A stretch of DNA of 63,896 bases, filler included, from an uncultured Methanosarcinales archaeon (GTDB lineage: Archaea; Nanobdellota; Nanobdellia; Woesearchaeales; CAYXTQ01): NCBI GenBank assembly GCA_964608065.1. It is 4 parts of 4 records of this genome, joined end to end, with 100 filler letters (N's around TTAATTAATTAA, not from the genome) between each part and the next. Parts side by side here need not be neighbours in the genome. Positions count along the whole stretch, not along the records: positions 35,923 to 53,302 come from CAZSMA010000024.1; 3 more parts are not named here. The stretch is one strand, 5' to 3'. The notes under the pieces are model-generated. The model was not told the origin of the DNA. It saw nothing but the letters and a program-made list of their open reading frames with translations, and made no database searches. The position numbers and the translations under genes were made by a program. This document shows positions 38,901-49,411 of this stretch, one piece after another (within the stretch, counting starts at the first letter, position 1; each line of letters begins with the position of its first letter).

Positions 38901-39078
38901 CACTTGTTATTTTATTAGCGTGGAGATCTTCAACTATTGCTTTATGATGGCCATCACCTATTCCTTGTATGTTTCTAATCCAGTTAAACTTTTCAAGTCT
39001 TTTAATTATGTCGTGCTCTTCCATCTGTTTCTTCTGTCTTCTTGTTTCTTCTACGTTAGGTACATGTGATTTTGCCAT
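35974..39078 (-). CDS. large multi-pass membrane protein with beta-rich extracellular region and Cys-rich C-terminus
   Basis: 1034 aa: charged N-terminus, about 7-8 TM helices, Ig-like segments, terminal Cys cluster. Confidence 0.8.
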   Translation of the reverse strand: MAKSHVPNVEETRRQKKQMEEHDIIKRLEKFNWIRNIQGIGDGHHKAIVEDLHANKITSDRAAKKYFKSKDFHQNAKVNGNAKNAIGKHYKTEKAEQKTEKKEQVTEDKEQKSIAQQEKLTKEQQKLTQKEEELIEKENKEKSSGERKQFLNNVNPKSGWGLLFLFSMLLWISDYFFTKFNGFDIDNFIKIVSGLNAFYITMVSLNVFVLIAVAIYLFVTGFDIKNKWLEYLMYVLMVVTISGMFLFSRDFLRSPQVFGAFAHLIFSIFVLFALKNIPNISKAKIYRWYIVLLFFDFFLFSILMKVFGNWSYEKLFIVPFWVVYTLYHWHKSSEKRRLANFFVFLVIAGIVASNVAAINYILKTNVPGVDIGTQGDTPNPIELGKEAVKNIAAGISSALKRGEQQLNESFYYDSKDYYTGKVDQNVREPLGVYITNIETSDPIVYEDEEIDIWATLIAKSIEEPIETIKVKCEADTHTLGKEIPGTTKVKEFHDLFDDEDDIDCKFEAGVLEEGSHLITFTAEFDFTTLGYLKTYFIDDERLKAFKREKIDVFKEYGITDKNPIAIYTNGPVGIGMETKTPPIGVNDDYDSTPKFGITIENNWKGKIAEIKDLIIYLPDGLELDDYCDRAFQDLTREEYKLEGYKGYEFTKGIKESREWKNIEVYRSRKCRLRIKDPSKVLGDSPISIKYIKARIDYIYNSEEVININVKTPVGFNVYFEPRQPTIADLEEGRLKCIASHSDSYIIRAPFEIYQIDKNDNEKLLIERTEECGAKKQKCDCTIPNDDLKRGDKIKCKVYKAQLSKEEEDSDSAIVTIKNAAPEITGVFFQTNHPTLTDSTLECIGVITDKDNDDVWVTYDVKQNSAKLSNDYFDIEWFVPNKQFKISIDLDKLKQENKLNENDKFECEMTAIDDPPEEFERKESEINKAKPVIIGKETVTTKTEESGSSGETERCADDKGNPIREGKSCEGYSYKNCLDGKCVIGCEYLAKTDSSKSGWSCSCNLQECENHPSKCIKGQCPGDNYCCSPEAISSA

Positions 39079-39139
39079 TTTATTCTGCTAAATAACACCC
39101 CAAGAAGTCTTTGTGTGATAGCCTCTTTTTTTGGAAACA

Positions 39140-40345
39140 TTAATCTTCGTATTTAACTTCTAACTTGACCATGTACAATGTTGTTCTTGGCCTTATTTCA
39201 ATGTAGTTGTTTCCTTCTTCTACCCAATGTGTGATATCTTTGCTGTAGTCTGGTTCATCCTGTCTTATGCTTGTTAAGTGGCCATTAATACTTATGTCTA
39301 ATTTCTTTTCTTCATCATCATCTACAAAAGTTATGTACAGATTTGATTTTTTGTCTTCTTCAGTTATACTTTCAAACTGAGATTCATTCAACTCAAAATA
39401 GTAAAGTATTTTTTGAGTTTCTTTTAGGTCTAATCCAATTCTTATCTGCTCAACACTATAGCTGCCTTTATTTGATTTAAAGACAATGTTGTTTTCACCT
39501 GAGTTTAGAATGTTGATAGAGAATGATTGTTTTACAGGGTCATCACAGACAGGTACAGCAGAGTAGACTTTTCTGTTATTGATAGATGCGTCTAGAAGAC
39601 CTACATCAGTTGTCTGGCTGCAATAAGGAACAAATCTTATTTCTGCTGAATCCAAATTCTGATATTCTGATTCAGTTAAAGTGAAAATATTCCTGCTTTT
39701 TTGTTTGCTGATGTCTGTTACATCTCCAATTACTCTGACACCTTCAAAATCATATTCGTTTGTTTTCCAGAACTTCCACCCAACACCGCTTGTGCTGAAT
39801 TCCAAGACATTGATTTCTTTCAATAAACCTTTGTTTAACTCAACAGGATCAACATTTAGTGTGTTAACATCATACTCATAAATTGTCTCTCCATTAAGCT
39901 TTATTGTTAAGATTCCTTTGTTCTTTTTTGTCATGAGAGATAACATAACCCCTTCTGTGTTTTCCAAGTCGCTAATAGTAAAAGTTATGTTTTTCTTTAT
40001 CTTATCAAACCAGCCATTTCTTATATAGAAATTATTGAATTTCTCTATGACTTGTGCATTAGAGTCCTTGAATAAATAGACATTAGGTATATCTTTATCT
40101 GCATCTTTTTGACTAATAAAAGACAGAGTCCCAGGATTTTCTGATAATAATGTAAGATTTGAGTCTTCTCCGTTATCGTATGTTCCTCCATTACTGTCAT
40201 CTCCTAATAACTCATCTCGTTCAGCAGGAGGCAAAAGAACTATGTACAGTACTATTATTATTATTAACATAGTGATAAGAGCAGCAGCATTGCCACCTTC
40301 TAGATGTTTTTGCCCTCTTTTTTTTTTTTTAAACATTGATATCAC
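39140..40345 (-). CDS. membrane-anchored beta-rich hypothetical protein
   Basis: KKRGQ then hydrophobic helix; repeated 'ING..L..G.N.I.F' units. Confidence 0.75.
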   Translation of the reverse strand: MISMFKKKKRGQKHLEGGNAAALITMLIIIIVLYIVLLPPAERDELLGDDSNGGTYDNGEDSNLTLLSENPGTLSFISQKDADKDIPNVYLFKDSNAQVIEKFNNFYIRNGWFDKIKKNITFTISDLENTEGVMLSLMTKKNKGILTIKLNGETIYEYDVNTLNVDPVELNKGLLKEINVLEFSTSGVGWKFWKTNEYDFEGVRVIGDVTDISKQKSRNIFTLTESEYQNLDSAEIRFVPYCSQTTDVGLLDASINNRKVYSAVPVCDDPVKQSFSINILNSGENNIVFKSNKGSYSVEQIRIGLDLKETQKILYYFELNESQFESITEEDKKSNLYITFVDDDEEKKLDISINGHLTSIRQDEPDYSKDITHWVEEGNNYIEIRPRTTLYMVKLEVKYED

Positions 40346-40414
40346 CTAGTCCTTAGACTATCTTAAACAATAAAATAAATAAATTTATATATAAATGTTT
40401 TTATTTTTAAGTTA

Positions 40415-41479
40415 ATGAAAGTCGTTTATTCTGATTTCAGGAAAGGAGAAGCAAAGCTTAAAACACAGAATCTTGACGATCTGTGGTATTTAAGCCATAT
40501 AATAGACAAAGGAGATTTGGTTAAAGGCAAGACTATAAGGAAGATTAAGATAGGTAAAGAAGGAGAAAGAAAGCAGAATATTGCAAAGAAGACTGTCACA
40601 TTAGTAATAGAGGTAGATAAAATAAGTTTTCATAAATATTCAAGTAATCTAAGGGTTTCAGGAGTTATAAAACAAGGTCCAGAGGATATTACAAGAGGAA
40701 AACACCATACTTTTGATATTGATGATAATACAACTATAACTTTAATTAAAAAGAAATGGCTTAAGTTCCAGCAGGATAAGTTAAAAGAAGCTTCTCAAGA
40801 GAAAGTAGCCAGTATATTAATATGTGTTTTAGATAGAGAAGAGGCATATTTCGCTTTATTAAAAAAACAAGGCTATAAGCTGTTGAGTCATATTAAAGGC
40901 AAGGTTCAAAAGAAGCAGGATAATGAGAAAGTAAAAAGTACGTTCTATGGGGATGTAATTAAGATTTTAGAGGAGTATGTTGAAAAATATAAGATTGAGC
41001 AGATAATTTTAGCAAGTACTTCTTTTTGGAAAGAAGAGATAATGAAGGATATAAAGGAGGAAGATTTGAGGAAGAAGATAATATTAGCGACATGCTCGTC
41101 TGTTGATAAGACTGCTATAAATGAAGTATTAAAAAGGCCTGAGTTAAGAGAAGCTTTAAAGAAAGACAGAATTTCAAGAGAACTTAAATTAGTTGAAGAA
41201 CTATTAGGAGAGATATCTAAAAATGGAGCCGCATCTTATGGTATCAAAGAAGTGAAGAAAACAGTGGAATCTGGTGCTGTAAAGGTTTTGATGATAACAG
41301 ATTCATTTATCAATAAACAAAGAGAAAAAAACAAATATGAAGAAGTAGATCAATTATTAAATTTAGTAGAGTCTATGAAAGGAAGTATAGCAATAATATC
41401 CTCAGATAATGATGCTGGCAAAAAGTTAGATGGATTGGGAGGAGTAGGGGCTTTGTTAAGGTATAAATTGAATTATTAA
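40415..41479 (+). CDS. pelA: mRNA surveillance protein pelota
   Basis: DDLWYL, LRVSGVI, HHTF, LGGVGALLRY. Confidence 0.95.
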   Translation: MKVVYSDFRKGEAKLKTQNLDDLWYLSHIIDKGDLVKGKTIRKIKIGKEGERKQNIAKKTVTLVIEVDKISFHKYSSNLRVSGVIKQGPEDITRGKHHTFDIDDNTTITLIKKKWLKFQQDKLKEASQEKVASILICVLDREEAYFALLKKQGYKLLSHIKGKVQKKQDNEKVKSTFYGDVIKILEEYVEKYKIEQIILASTSFWKEEIMKDIKEEDLRKKIILATCSSVDKTAINEVLKRPELREALKKDRISRELKLVEELLGEISKNGAASYGIKEVKKTVESGAVKVLMITDSFINKQREKNKYEEVDQLLNLVESMKGSIAIISSDNDAGKKLDGLGGVGALLRYKLNY

Positions 41480-41628
41480 TGAAAAGTTATATAAAGTTAT
41501 AATTATTAGATTAAATATATTTTTAAAAAAAAAAAAAGAGGCTGATAGAAATTACTAAGTCTAATTTATCTGAAGAGAAAAAAGTTTATCCTTCTAAAGG
41601 ATTTAGTGAGCATGCTCATGTTAGGAGT

Positions 41629-43500
41629 TTGGAAGAGTATGAAAAGATTTACAAAAGATCAGTGAAGGATCCAGAAGGATTCTGGTCTGAAAAAGCTGAA
41701 CAATTACATTGGTTTAAGAAATGGGATAGGGTCTTTAGGTATGAAACACCGCCTTTTGTGAAATGGTTTGAAGGAGGTAAAATAAACGTTTCTTATAATT
41801 GTCTGGACAGGCATCTGAATAGCTGGAGAAGAAATAAAGCAGCAATAATATGGCAGGGAGAGCCAGAAGAAGATTCAGAGACTTATACTTATTCTGAGCT
41901 CCATAGAGAAGTTTGTAAGTTTGCTAATGTCTTAAAGAAACATGGAGTGATGAAAGGAGATCGAGTTTCTATTTATATGCCTATGGTTCCTAGTCTGCCA
42001 ATTGCAATGCTAGCATGCACAAGGATTGGAGCAATACATAGTATTGTTTTTGGAGGTTTTAGTTCTAAAGCTTTAATGAACAGGATAAATGATTGTGAGG
42101 CAAAGATTCTAATAACAAGTGATGGGGGTTTTAGAAGAGGAAAAGTTATTCCATTAAAAGATTTTGCAGATGAAGCTCTTAAAGGATGTAAAACAGTTAA
42201 GAAAGTTATAGTTTACAAAAGGACAAAAAATAAAATAAAGATGAAAAAAGGAAGAGATTTGTGGTGGCATGATGAGATGAAAAATATAAATGCAGAGTGT
42301 GAAGCAGAGCAGATGGATGCAGAGGATCCTTTGTTTATTTTGTATACAAGCGGTACAACTGGCACTCCAAAAGGAGTTTTACATACTACAGGAGGCTATT
42401 TAGTTTATACATATCAGACATTTAAATGGATATTTGATGCTAAAGATACAGATACTTTTTGGTGCACAGCAGATATTGGATGGATTACAGGCCATAGCTA
42501 TATTGCTTATGGTCCTTTAGCTAATGGAATTACAACTGTTATGTTTGAAGGTGTTCCAGATTATCCAGAGCCAGACAGGTTTTGGGAAATAATTGAAAAA
42601 TATAAAGTAACAATTTTTTATACAGCTCCGACTGCAATAAGGGCTGTTGAGAGATATGGTGATAAATGGCCGAGAAGCAGAAACTTGAGCAGTTTACGTT
42701 TACTAGGATCAGTTGGAGAGCCGATTGGACCAGAAACATGGTTATGGTATTATAATGTAATTGGAAATGGAAAATGCCCTATAGTAGATACATGGTGGCA
42801 GACAGAGACAGGAGGGATACTGATAAGTTCTTTGCCAGGAGCAATTCCTATGAAACCTGGCTCTGCAACAAAACCTTTTCCAGGCATAGTAGTTGCTATT
42901 TTGAGAGAAGATGGCAAGGAAGCAGGAGTTGATGAGGATGGTTATTTGGTTGTAATGAAGCCATGGCCATCAATAGAAAGAACAATATGGGGAAATCCTG
43001 AGCGTTATAATGAAGTTTATTTTAGTAAATTTCCAGGAATCTATTTAACAGGAGACCAGGCAAAAGTGGATAAAGAAGGTTATTTTTGGATAATGGGGAG
43101 ATTAGATGATGTTGTTAATATATCAGGTCATAGGATTGGAACAGCAGAAGTAGAAGCAGCATTAGTTGAAAATAAATCAGTAGCAGAGGCAGCAATTGTT
43201 GGTGTACATCATGAAATAAAAGGACAGGGGTTGTATGCGTTTGTAACTTTGAAGAAAGGAGTAAACAAGAGTGATGATATTAAGAAAGAACTTTTATCAA
43301 CAGTAAAAAAAGAAATTGGAAGCATAGCAAAGCCAGATGTGATCCAGTTTACAGATGTGCTTCCAAAGACAAGGTCTGGAAAAATAATGAGAAGAATTCT
43401 AAGAGCAATAGCAGAAGGTAGTGGAGAATATGGAGATATTTCTACTTTAGCAGATCCTAAAGTAATAGAACAACTTGTGGAAGGTAGAAAGAATTTATAA
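41629..43500 (+). CDS. acs: acetyl-CoA synthetase (AMP-forming); true start probably further upstream
   Basis: [31 protein letters not shown]. Confidence 0.95.
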   Translation: MEEYEKIYKRSVKDPEGFWSEKAEQLHWFKKWDRVFRYETPPFVKWFEGGKINVSYNCLDRHLNSWRRNKAAIIWQGEPEEDSETYTYSELHREVCKFANVLKKHGVMKGDRVSIYMPMVPSLPIAMLACTRIGAIHSIVFGGFSSKALMNRINDCEAKILITSDGGFRRGKVIPLKDFADEALKGCKTVKKVIVYKRTKNKIKMKKGRDLWWHDEMKNINAECEAEQMDAEDPLFILYTSGTTGTPKGVLHTTGGYLVYTYQTFKWIFDAKDTDTFWCTADIGWITGHSYIAYGPLANGITTVMFEGVPDYPEPDRFWEIIEKYKVTIFYTAPTAIRAVERYGDKWPRSRNLSSLRLLGSVGEPIGPETWLWYYNVIGNGKCPIVDTWWQTETGGILISSLPGAIPMKPGSATKPFPGIVVAILREDGKEAGVDEDGYLVVMKPWPSIERTIWGNPERYNEVYFSKFPGIYLTGDQAKVDKEGYFWIMGRLDDVVNISGHRIGTAEVEAALVENKSVAEAAIVGVHHEIKGQGLYAFVTLKKGVNKSDDIKKELLSTVKKEIGSIAKPDVIQFTDVLPKTRSGKIMRRILRAIAEGSGEYGDISTLADPKVIEQLVEGRKNL

Positions 43501-43756
43501 CTAGCTGATTAATAATACGATTTACTGAACTTTTTACCATATTTTCGAATACATAAATATTTAAATATTAGTTGTGTTTTAATATAAAATAATGTTTTGA
43601 CTCTGAAGTCAAAATTTTTTGTTATTATTCGGGAATGAAACCACTTAGTTAGAGCAAAAAAGCGTAACATATTAATAGTAGTAGTTTTTTTTTATCCTAT
43701 ACACATAGCAAAAATTTTGAATAGGATAAAAAAAAAAAAAAAGAGGGGGGTTTTAA

Positions 43757-44572
43757 ATGATAGTAAAAGAAGAATTTTTAAGTAAGTTGAGAAGGTACTT
43801 CGCATTAAACCTTTATGAAGTAAAAATATGGACTGCTCTTTTGTCAAGAGGAGTTAGCACAGCAGGAGAACTTTCTGATATTGCAAACGTACCAAGAAGC
43901 AGAAGTTATGATGTTTTAGAAAGCCTTGAGAAAAAAGGATTTGTTATAATGAAGCTAGGCAAACCAATTAAGTATATTGCAGTTCCTCCTGAAGAAGTTG
44001 TTGAACGTGTCAAGAAGAATATGCGGGAAGATGCAGAAGAAAAAGTAAAGAGATTAGATAAATTAAAAGGAACAGAAGTTCTTGGCGAGTTAAGCACATT
44101 ACACACACAAGGTATTGAATTAATTGAGCCAAGCGATCTATCTGGAAGTTTAAGAGGAAGACATAATCTATATAACCATCTTGAGTTAACTCTTAAGAAT
44201 GCAGAGAAGTCTGTAACTATGATGACAACAACACAAGGTTTTATGAGAAAAGTTGAAGGACTGAAGCCTGTGTTTGAAAAATTAAAGAAAAGGGGAGTTA
44301 AGATAAGAATAGCAGCACCATTAACAAAAGAAACTGCTCAATCTGTAAAAGACATTTCAAGTGTAGCAGAAGTAAGAAATACAAACAGCAACGCAAGGTT
44401 TGCTATTGTTGACGGTAAGGAACTAGTATTTATGGTTTTAAATGACAATGATGTACACCCAACATATGATGTAGGAATCTGGGTAAACACACCATTCTTT
44501 GCAAAAGCATTAGAAGGATTATTTGATCAGTCTTGGAAAGGTATGAAAGCACCTTCATCTGCTTTGAAGTAA
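43757..44572 (+). CDS. TrmB family transcriptional regulator
   Basis: 'VPRSRSYDVLESLEKKGF..GKPIKY' HTH. Confidence 0.9.
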   Translation: MIVKEEFLSKLRRYFALNLYEVKIWTALLSRGVSTAGELSDIANVPRSRSYDVLESLEKKGFVIMKLGKPIKYIAVPPEEVVERVKKNMREDAEEKVKRLDKLKGTEVLGELSTLHTQGIELIEPSDLSGSLRGRHNLYNHLELTLKNAEKSVTMMTTTQGFMRKVEGLKPVFEKLKKRGVKIRIAAPLTKETAQSVKDISSVAEVRNTNSNARFAIVDGKELVFMVLNDNDVHPTYDVGIWVNTPFFAKALEGLFDQSWKGMKAPSSALK

Positions 44573-44783
44573 TTTTTTTTTTTAATTTTTCTTTTTTTCT
44601 TTATGATTATTTTGGATAGTTTTCTATATACGAAATTTCTTTTAATTTTTGGAAACCAATTATTTTCTATATTGAAAATAATTAATTTTATATAATTTGC
44701 CATTACCATTAATAAAAACAGATATGGGCGGAATAAGGCTTATTTGTTTTAAATATTGTAAATAAAGGTCAATTTCAATTAAA

Positions 44784-46301
44784 ATGAACTTAAAAAAGCT
44801 TTTAGGAAGCTTACATCCTTTAGAAAGGGAAGTTTTGCCTGTTTTGGATAAATATAATGCTTTAAATGATATTATAAATATAACTGGATTAAAAGAAGTA
44901 CAGGTAATGAGAGCATTACAGTGGCTGCAGAACAAGAAGATAATAACCTTAAAGGAAGACTTAAGGGAAATAGTTAATCTTGATGCAAACGGCAAGCATT
45001 ATCTAAAGGAAGGGCTACCAGAAAAGAGATTGTTAGAAGCAATAAGTAAAAAAGAACTGAGTATTAGTCAGACTGTAAAAGAAGCAAGGCTAGTAAAAGA
45101 AGAAATTAACATTGGATTAGGTGTTTTAAGGGATAATGCCGCTATTTTTGTAACAAAAGACAAGAAAATAAAGATACTTGATCAGGGAAAAAAATTATTA
45201 CAAAAAGGATTGATCGAAGAAAGGTTTCTAAAAAAAGAATTCCCAGTAGAAGTAACAAGTTTAAGGGATGAAGAGAAATTAGCATTAAAGAAATTAAAAA
45301 GAAGGAAGAATATTATAAAAATTGATGTAGTTAAGCTAAAAACAGCTGAGCTTACAGAAATTGGCAGAGAGATTTTGGAATCTGGAGTAAAGATTGGAGA
45401 TGTAATTGATAAACTTACAGCTAATATACTTAAAGATGGTTCTTGGGAAGACAAGAAATTCAGGAGATATGATATAAAAATAAATGTTCCAAAAATTTAC
45501 AGCAGCAAGAAACAACCATATAGAAGGTTTCTTGATGAAGTAAGGCAAAAGTTTTTGGCTATGGGTTTTAAGGAAATGCAAGGACCTATTGTTGAGACAG
45601 AGTTCTGGAATATGGATGCTTTATTTATGCCTCAGTTTCACAGTGCTCGTGATATTCATCAGGGTTATCATATTAAAAAACCACAATATGCTTTAGATTT
45701 ACCTAAAGAATTAGTATCTAATGTAAAGAAGGCACATGAAAATGGTTTTAATACAGGCTCTAAAGGATGGCAGTATGAGTTTGATGTAAAAAGAACACAC
45801 AGACATTTACTTAGGACACAAGGAACAGCGTTATCAGCAAAAAAATTAGCGGCATCTGATTTAGAGATTCCAGGAAAATACTTTGCTCTTGTCAGATGTT
45901 TTAGATATGATGTTATTGATAATCAACATCTAGCTGATTTTAATCAGGTAGAAGGCATAGTTGTTGAAGAAGGCCTGAATTTCAGACATTTGAAAGGATT
46001 ATTGAAATTATTTGCAGAAGAGTTTGCTGAGACAGACCAGGTAAAAATAACTCCAGGTTATTTTCCATTTACAGAACCGTCTGCTGAGTTACATGCAAAA
46101 CATCCGGATTTAGGATGGATTGAGCTGGCAGGATCTGGAATCTTTAGACCAGAAATGTGCAAACCTTTTGGAGTTAATGCTCCTGTTCTTGCATGGGGTG
46201 TTGGTATAGATAGGATTGCTATGTTTAAGCTTGGAATTAAAGATATCAGAGATTTATTCAGTCATGATTTAAATTTTTTAAGAAATTCAAAGGTGGTATA
46301 A
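44784..46301 (+). CDS. pheS: phenylalanine-tRNA ligase alpha subunit
   Basis: FWNMDAL, FNQVEG, YFPFTEPS, GIFRPE. Confidence 0.97.
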   Translation: MNLKKLLGSLHPLEREVLPVLDKYNALNDIINITGLKEVQVMRALQWLQNKKIITLKEDLREIVNLDANGKHYLKEGLPEKRLLEAISKKELSISQTVKEARLVKEEINIGLGVLRDNAAIFVTKDKKIKILDQGKKLLQKGLIEERFLKKEFPVEVTSLRDEEKLALKKLKRRKNIIKIDVVKLKTAELTEIGREILESGVKIGDVIDKLTANILKDGSWEDKKFRRYDIKINVPKIYSSKKQPYRRFLDEVRQKFLAMGFKEMQGPIVETEFWNMDALFMPQFHSARDIHQGYHIKKPQYALDLPKELVSNVKKAHENGFNTGSKGWQYEFDVKRTHRHLLRTQGTALSAKKLAASDLEIPGKYFALVRCFRYDVIDNQHLADFNQVEGIVVEEGLNFRHLKGLLKLFAEEFAETDQVKITPGYFPFTEPSAELHAKHPDLGWIELAGSGIFRPEMCKPFGVNAPVLAWGVGIDRIAMFKLGIKDIRDLFSHDLNFLRNSKVV

Positions 46302-46308
46302 AACAAAA

Positions 46309-47967
46309 ATGCCTACAATAACTTTTTCATTAAACGATCTGCAGAACCTTTTGAAAAGGAAAGTTAGTTTAGAGCAGTTAAAAGAATTAATAGAATATGC
46401 TAAAGGTAATTTTGAGGATTATGACGAGGAAGAGGACGAAGTTAAGGTTGATCTTGATGATACAAATTTACCTTATTTGTGGAGTATAGAAGGATTTGTA
46501 AGATTGATTAAAGGAATTCTTGGAAAAGAAAAAGGAATTCCAAAGCTTAAGATTAATAACTCAAATTATAGTGTTATAGTGGATAGGTCTGTAAAGAAGA
46601 TAAGACCCTATATAGCTGCTTTTGTTGCAAAGGAATGCAAAGTTGATGATTATTTAATAAAACAGATGGTGCAATTACAGGAAAAATTAAGTGAAACATA
46701 TGGTAGAAAAAGAAAAAAAATAGCTATAGGTGTTTATTCTCATAAGAAAATCAAATATCCAATTTACTATAAAGCAACTGATCCAGATTCAGTAAAGTTT
46801 ATTCCTTTGGAATCCAGAAAAGAGATGACACAAAAACAGATACTTGAAGAACATCCTAAAGGCCAGGAATATGCATGGATCCTTAAGGATTTGAAGAAAT
46901 GTCCTATATTAATAGATGATAAAAACGATGTATTGAGTTTTCCACCAATAATAAATTCAAATGAAACAGGCAAGATTGAAGAAGGAGATGATGAGTTGTT
47001 TTTTGAGGCAACAGGTGAAAATCTTGAGGATGTTTTGCTTGTAACAAATATATTTGCATATGCTCTGCAGGACAGAGGTTTTAAGATATTCTCAGTTAAT
47101 ATTAAATATCATGATAAAAATATTTTAACACCTCATTTGTTTAATGAAAAAATAAAAGTTGATAAAGATAAAATACAAAAAATTCTTGGTCTTGATCTAA
47201 AAGAATCTGAAATTAAGAGATTGTTAGAAAGAATGAGATATGATTATGTAAAAGGAAAAGTTGTAATACCTTCTTATAGAAAAGATATATTACATCAAGT
47301 TGATGTAATTGAGGATATTGGGATAAGTTATGGATATAATAAGATAAAACCATTATCATTGACAACTTATTCTATTGGAACCACATTTCCTATTGTAAAC
47401 TTTGTTGATAAAGTAAGAGAAATAATAATAGGATTAGGTTATCAGGAAATAATGAGCCCTGTACTTACTAACAAAGAAATTTTATATGAAAAGATGAACA
47501 TTAAGGATTTTGGTACTGTTGAGATTGATCAATATATGTCAGAAACTTATTCTGTTATCAGAAGCTGGATTTTACCTATCTTAATGGATTTTTTATCAAA
47601 GAACAGACATACTGAGTATCCACAGAAAGTGTTTGAGCAAGGACTTGTTACAGTCAGAAAAGGAGAGGAGATAAAAGACTATGAAAGGATTGCTATAGTA
47701 AGTGCTCATGAAAAAACAGATTTTACAGTGATGAAACAAGTGTTAGACACTTTGTTCAGGAATTTAGGGGTAAGTTATGAGATAGAGGAGACAGAGCATG
47801 AAAGTTTTATAGAAGGAAGAGTTGGAAGGGTTTCAGTGAATGGAAAGAATGTTGCTTATATTGGAGAGATTAACCCCGCTGTACTTAATAATATTGGACT
47901 TTCAGTACCTGTTTCTGGTTTAGAGCTTAATTTAAGTGATTTGTTTGAATCTATAAAAGAGAAATAA
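46309..47967 (+). CDS. pheT: phenylalanine-tRNA ligase beta subunit
   Basis: SFPPIINS, YRKDILHQVDVIED, GEINP. Confidence 0.95.
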   Translation: MPTITFSLNDLQNLLKRKVSLEQLKELIEYAKGNFEDYDEEEDEVKVDLDDTNLPYLWSIEGFVRLIKGILGKEKGIPKLKINNSNYSVIVDRSVKKIRPYIAAFVAKECKVDDYLIKQMVQLQEKLSETYGRKRKKIAIGVYSHKKIKYPIYYKATDPDSVKFIPLESRKEMTQKQILEEHPKGQEYAWILKDLKKCPILIDDKNDVLSFPPIINSNETGKIEEGDDELFFEATGENLEDVLLVTNIFAYALQDRGFKIFSVNIKYHDKNILTPHLFNEKIKVDKDKIQKILGLDLKESEIKRLLERMRYDYVKGKVVIPSYRKDILHQVDVIEDIGISYGYNKIKPLSLTTYSIGTTFPIVNFVDKVREIIIGLGYQEIMSPVLTNKEILYEKMNIKDFGTVEIDQYMSETYSVIRSWILPILMDFLSKNRHTEYPQKVFEQGLVTVRKGEEIKDYERIAIVSAHEKTDFTVMKQVLDTLFRNLGVSYEIEETEHESFIEGRVGRVSVNGKNVAYIGEINPAVLNNIGLSVPVSGLELNLSDLFESIKEK

Positions 47968-47991
47968 AAAAAAAAAAAATAAAGATTATTT

Positions 47992-48369
47992 TTATTTTTT
48001 ATCTGTTTCGATTTTCTTTGTTTCTTTCTTTTGTTTTTCTTTTTTCACTTTCTTTTCTTTCTTAGTTTCTTCTTTCACTGTTTTCTTTTTTCCCCTTAAT
48101 TTTTTAGGGCGTTCTGTCTTTTGCTTAGATTTTGTTTCTCTGACTTTTAACTTTAGTTTTTTGAATTCTGATTTTACTTCGTCGTGAGAGATATTTTTTT
48201 TTATCTTGATTAAATTGTCTAAGGGTTCTAAATGCATTATATTACATTTTCTCCTTCTAGTTTCTCCATCTATTAAAACAAAATTATTATCTAGTAAATC
48301 TACAACTATGCATTTTTTCCCAGCATCTCTGCCTGCTATTTTCAAACATAATCTTCCTAATCCAATCAT
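47992..48369 (-). CDS. rpl14e: 50S ribosomal protein L14e
   Basis: GRLCLKIAGRDAGK, RRKCNIMHLEP. Confidence 0.95.
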   Translation of the reverse strand: MIGLGRLCLKIAGRDAGKKCIVVDLLDNNFVLIDGETRRRKCNIMHLEPLDNLIKIKKNISHDEVKSEFKKLKLKVRETKSKQKTERPKKLRGKKKTVKEETKKEKKVKKEKQKKETKKIETDKK

Positions 48370-48370
48370 T

Positions 48371-48637
48371 TTAACCTCTATTTTTTTTAATTAAAACTTG
48401 CCTCATACACTTACTGCAATAATAGCCACCATAAGGTCTTTGAGGCCTTTTTTTTGTTTTTGATGTATTCATCATCTTATAAGGGCGTTCTCTAAGTGTA
48501 CCGCTAAGTTTAACACCACAATTAGCACAACTAGCATTTTTTGGTTTTCTTTTTTTGTAATGAATTGCTACTCTACTGCCTGGTGTTTTTCTGTAAACTT
48601 TTCTAAATGATTTTGATTTATACATTCCTCTTGGCAT
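48371..48637 (-). CDS. rpl34e: 50S ribosomal protein L34e
   Basis: KTPG, CANCG, RPQRPYGG..CSKC. Confidence 0.95.
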   Translation of the reverse strand: MPRGMYKSKSFRKVYRKTPGSRVAIHYKKRKPKNASCANCGVKLSGTLRERPYKMMNTSKTKKRPQRPYGGYYCSKCMRQVLIKKNRG

Positions 48638-48661
48638 TTTTTTTTTTTTTTTTATAAAACC

Positions 48662-49411
48662 TCAATACACTTTAAGTATTTTTCTTAGCACCATGCTAAG
48701 GATTATTGAAAATATAATATAAGCACCTAACCAACCTAGCTTCAAACGACCTATGTTCAAAACCTTTAATTTGTTGTTATTGATAGTTATTGAATTTATT
48801 TCATTGTCTTTGATTTTTTTTTGTACAGGTTTATAAGCTCTTTCATTGGTTATTAATAAATCTTTTGTAAAACTTTTGCTGTTGAACGTGTACTCTAGGA
48901 TATATTCTCCTTCCGGACCTTTTAAAGCCCATTCAGTCTTACCAGCTGCTATTGTTTGTGTAGCATCGCTGATTAAAGTCAATTCTCCTGGAACAATAAG
49001 CTCAGCTTCTCCTTGAACATTATTTGCAAAAAGCAGTGTTGTTGTGAATTCAGTATTTGCCATAATAGGGTCATAGGCCATGTGGGCGTTTAACCAACCA
49101 AATATTAATATTATTGGAATAAATGTGAATAGCATTGGTTTGAAGCTGAGTGTCATATACTTCATATTGGTTTTCATTGCTTTTTTCTGAACTTCCATTG
49201 CTTTTTTAGGGTCATTCTTTAGAGTTTTTATTTCATTTTGAAACTCTTTAGTTTCATCCTTTAGCTGTTTCATTAAGTTTTGGTCAGTAGTCCATTTGTA
49301 AATTACTGTGACTAATACTGTGACGATAACCGAAATTATGATAATCCCTATTAAAGGAGGTAATGTCAGTAAAGGTGCAAATACAGGATGTAATAAGTTT
49401 TCAAATGCCAT
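48662..49411 (-). CDS. EMC3/TMCO1 (DUF106, Oxa1 superfamily) protein with inserted soluble domain
   Basis: TM-coiled coil-TM, SFKPML, GWLGAYI; located after secY. Confidence 0.85.
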   Translation of the reverse strand: MAFENLLHPVFAPLLTLPPLIGIIIISVIVTVLVTVIYKWTTDQNLMKQLKDETKEFQNEIKTLKNDPKKAMEVQKKAMKTNMKYMTLSFKPMLFTFIPIILIFGWLNAHMAYDPIMANTEFTTTLLFANNVQGEAELIVPGELTLISDATQTIAAGKTEWALKGPEGEYILEYTFNSKSFTKDLLITNERAYKPVQKKIKDNEINSITINNNKLKVLNIGRLKLGWLGAYIIFSIILSMVLRKILKVY

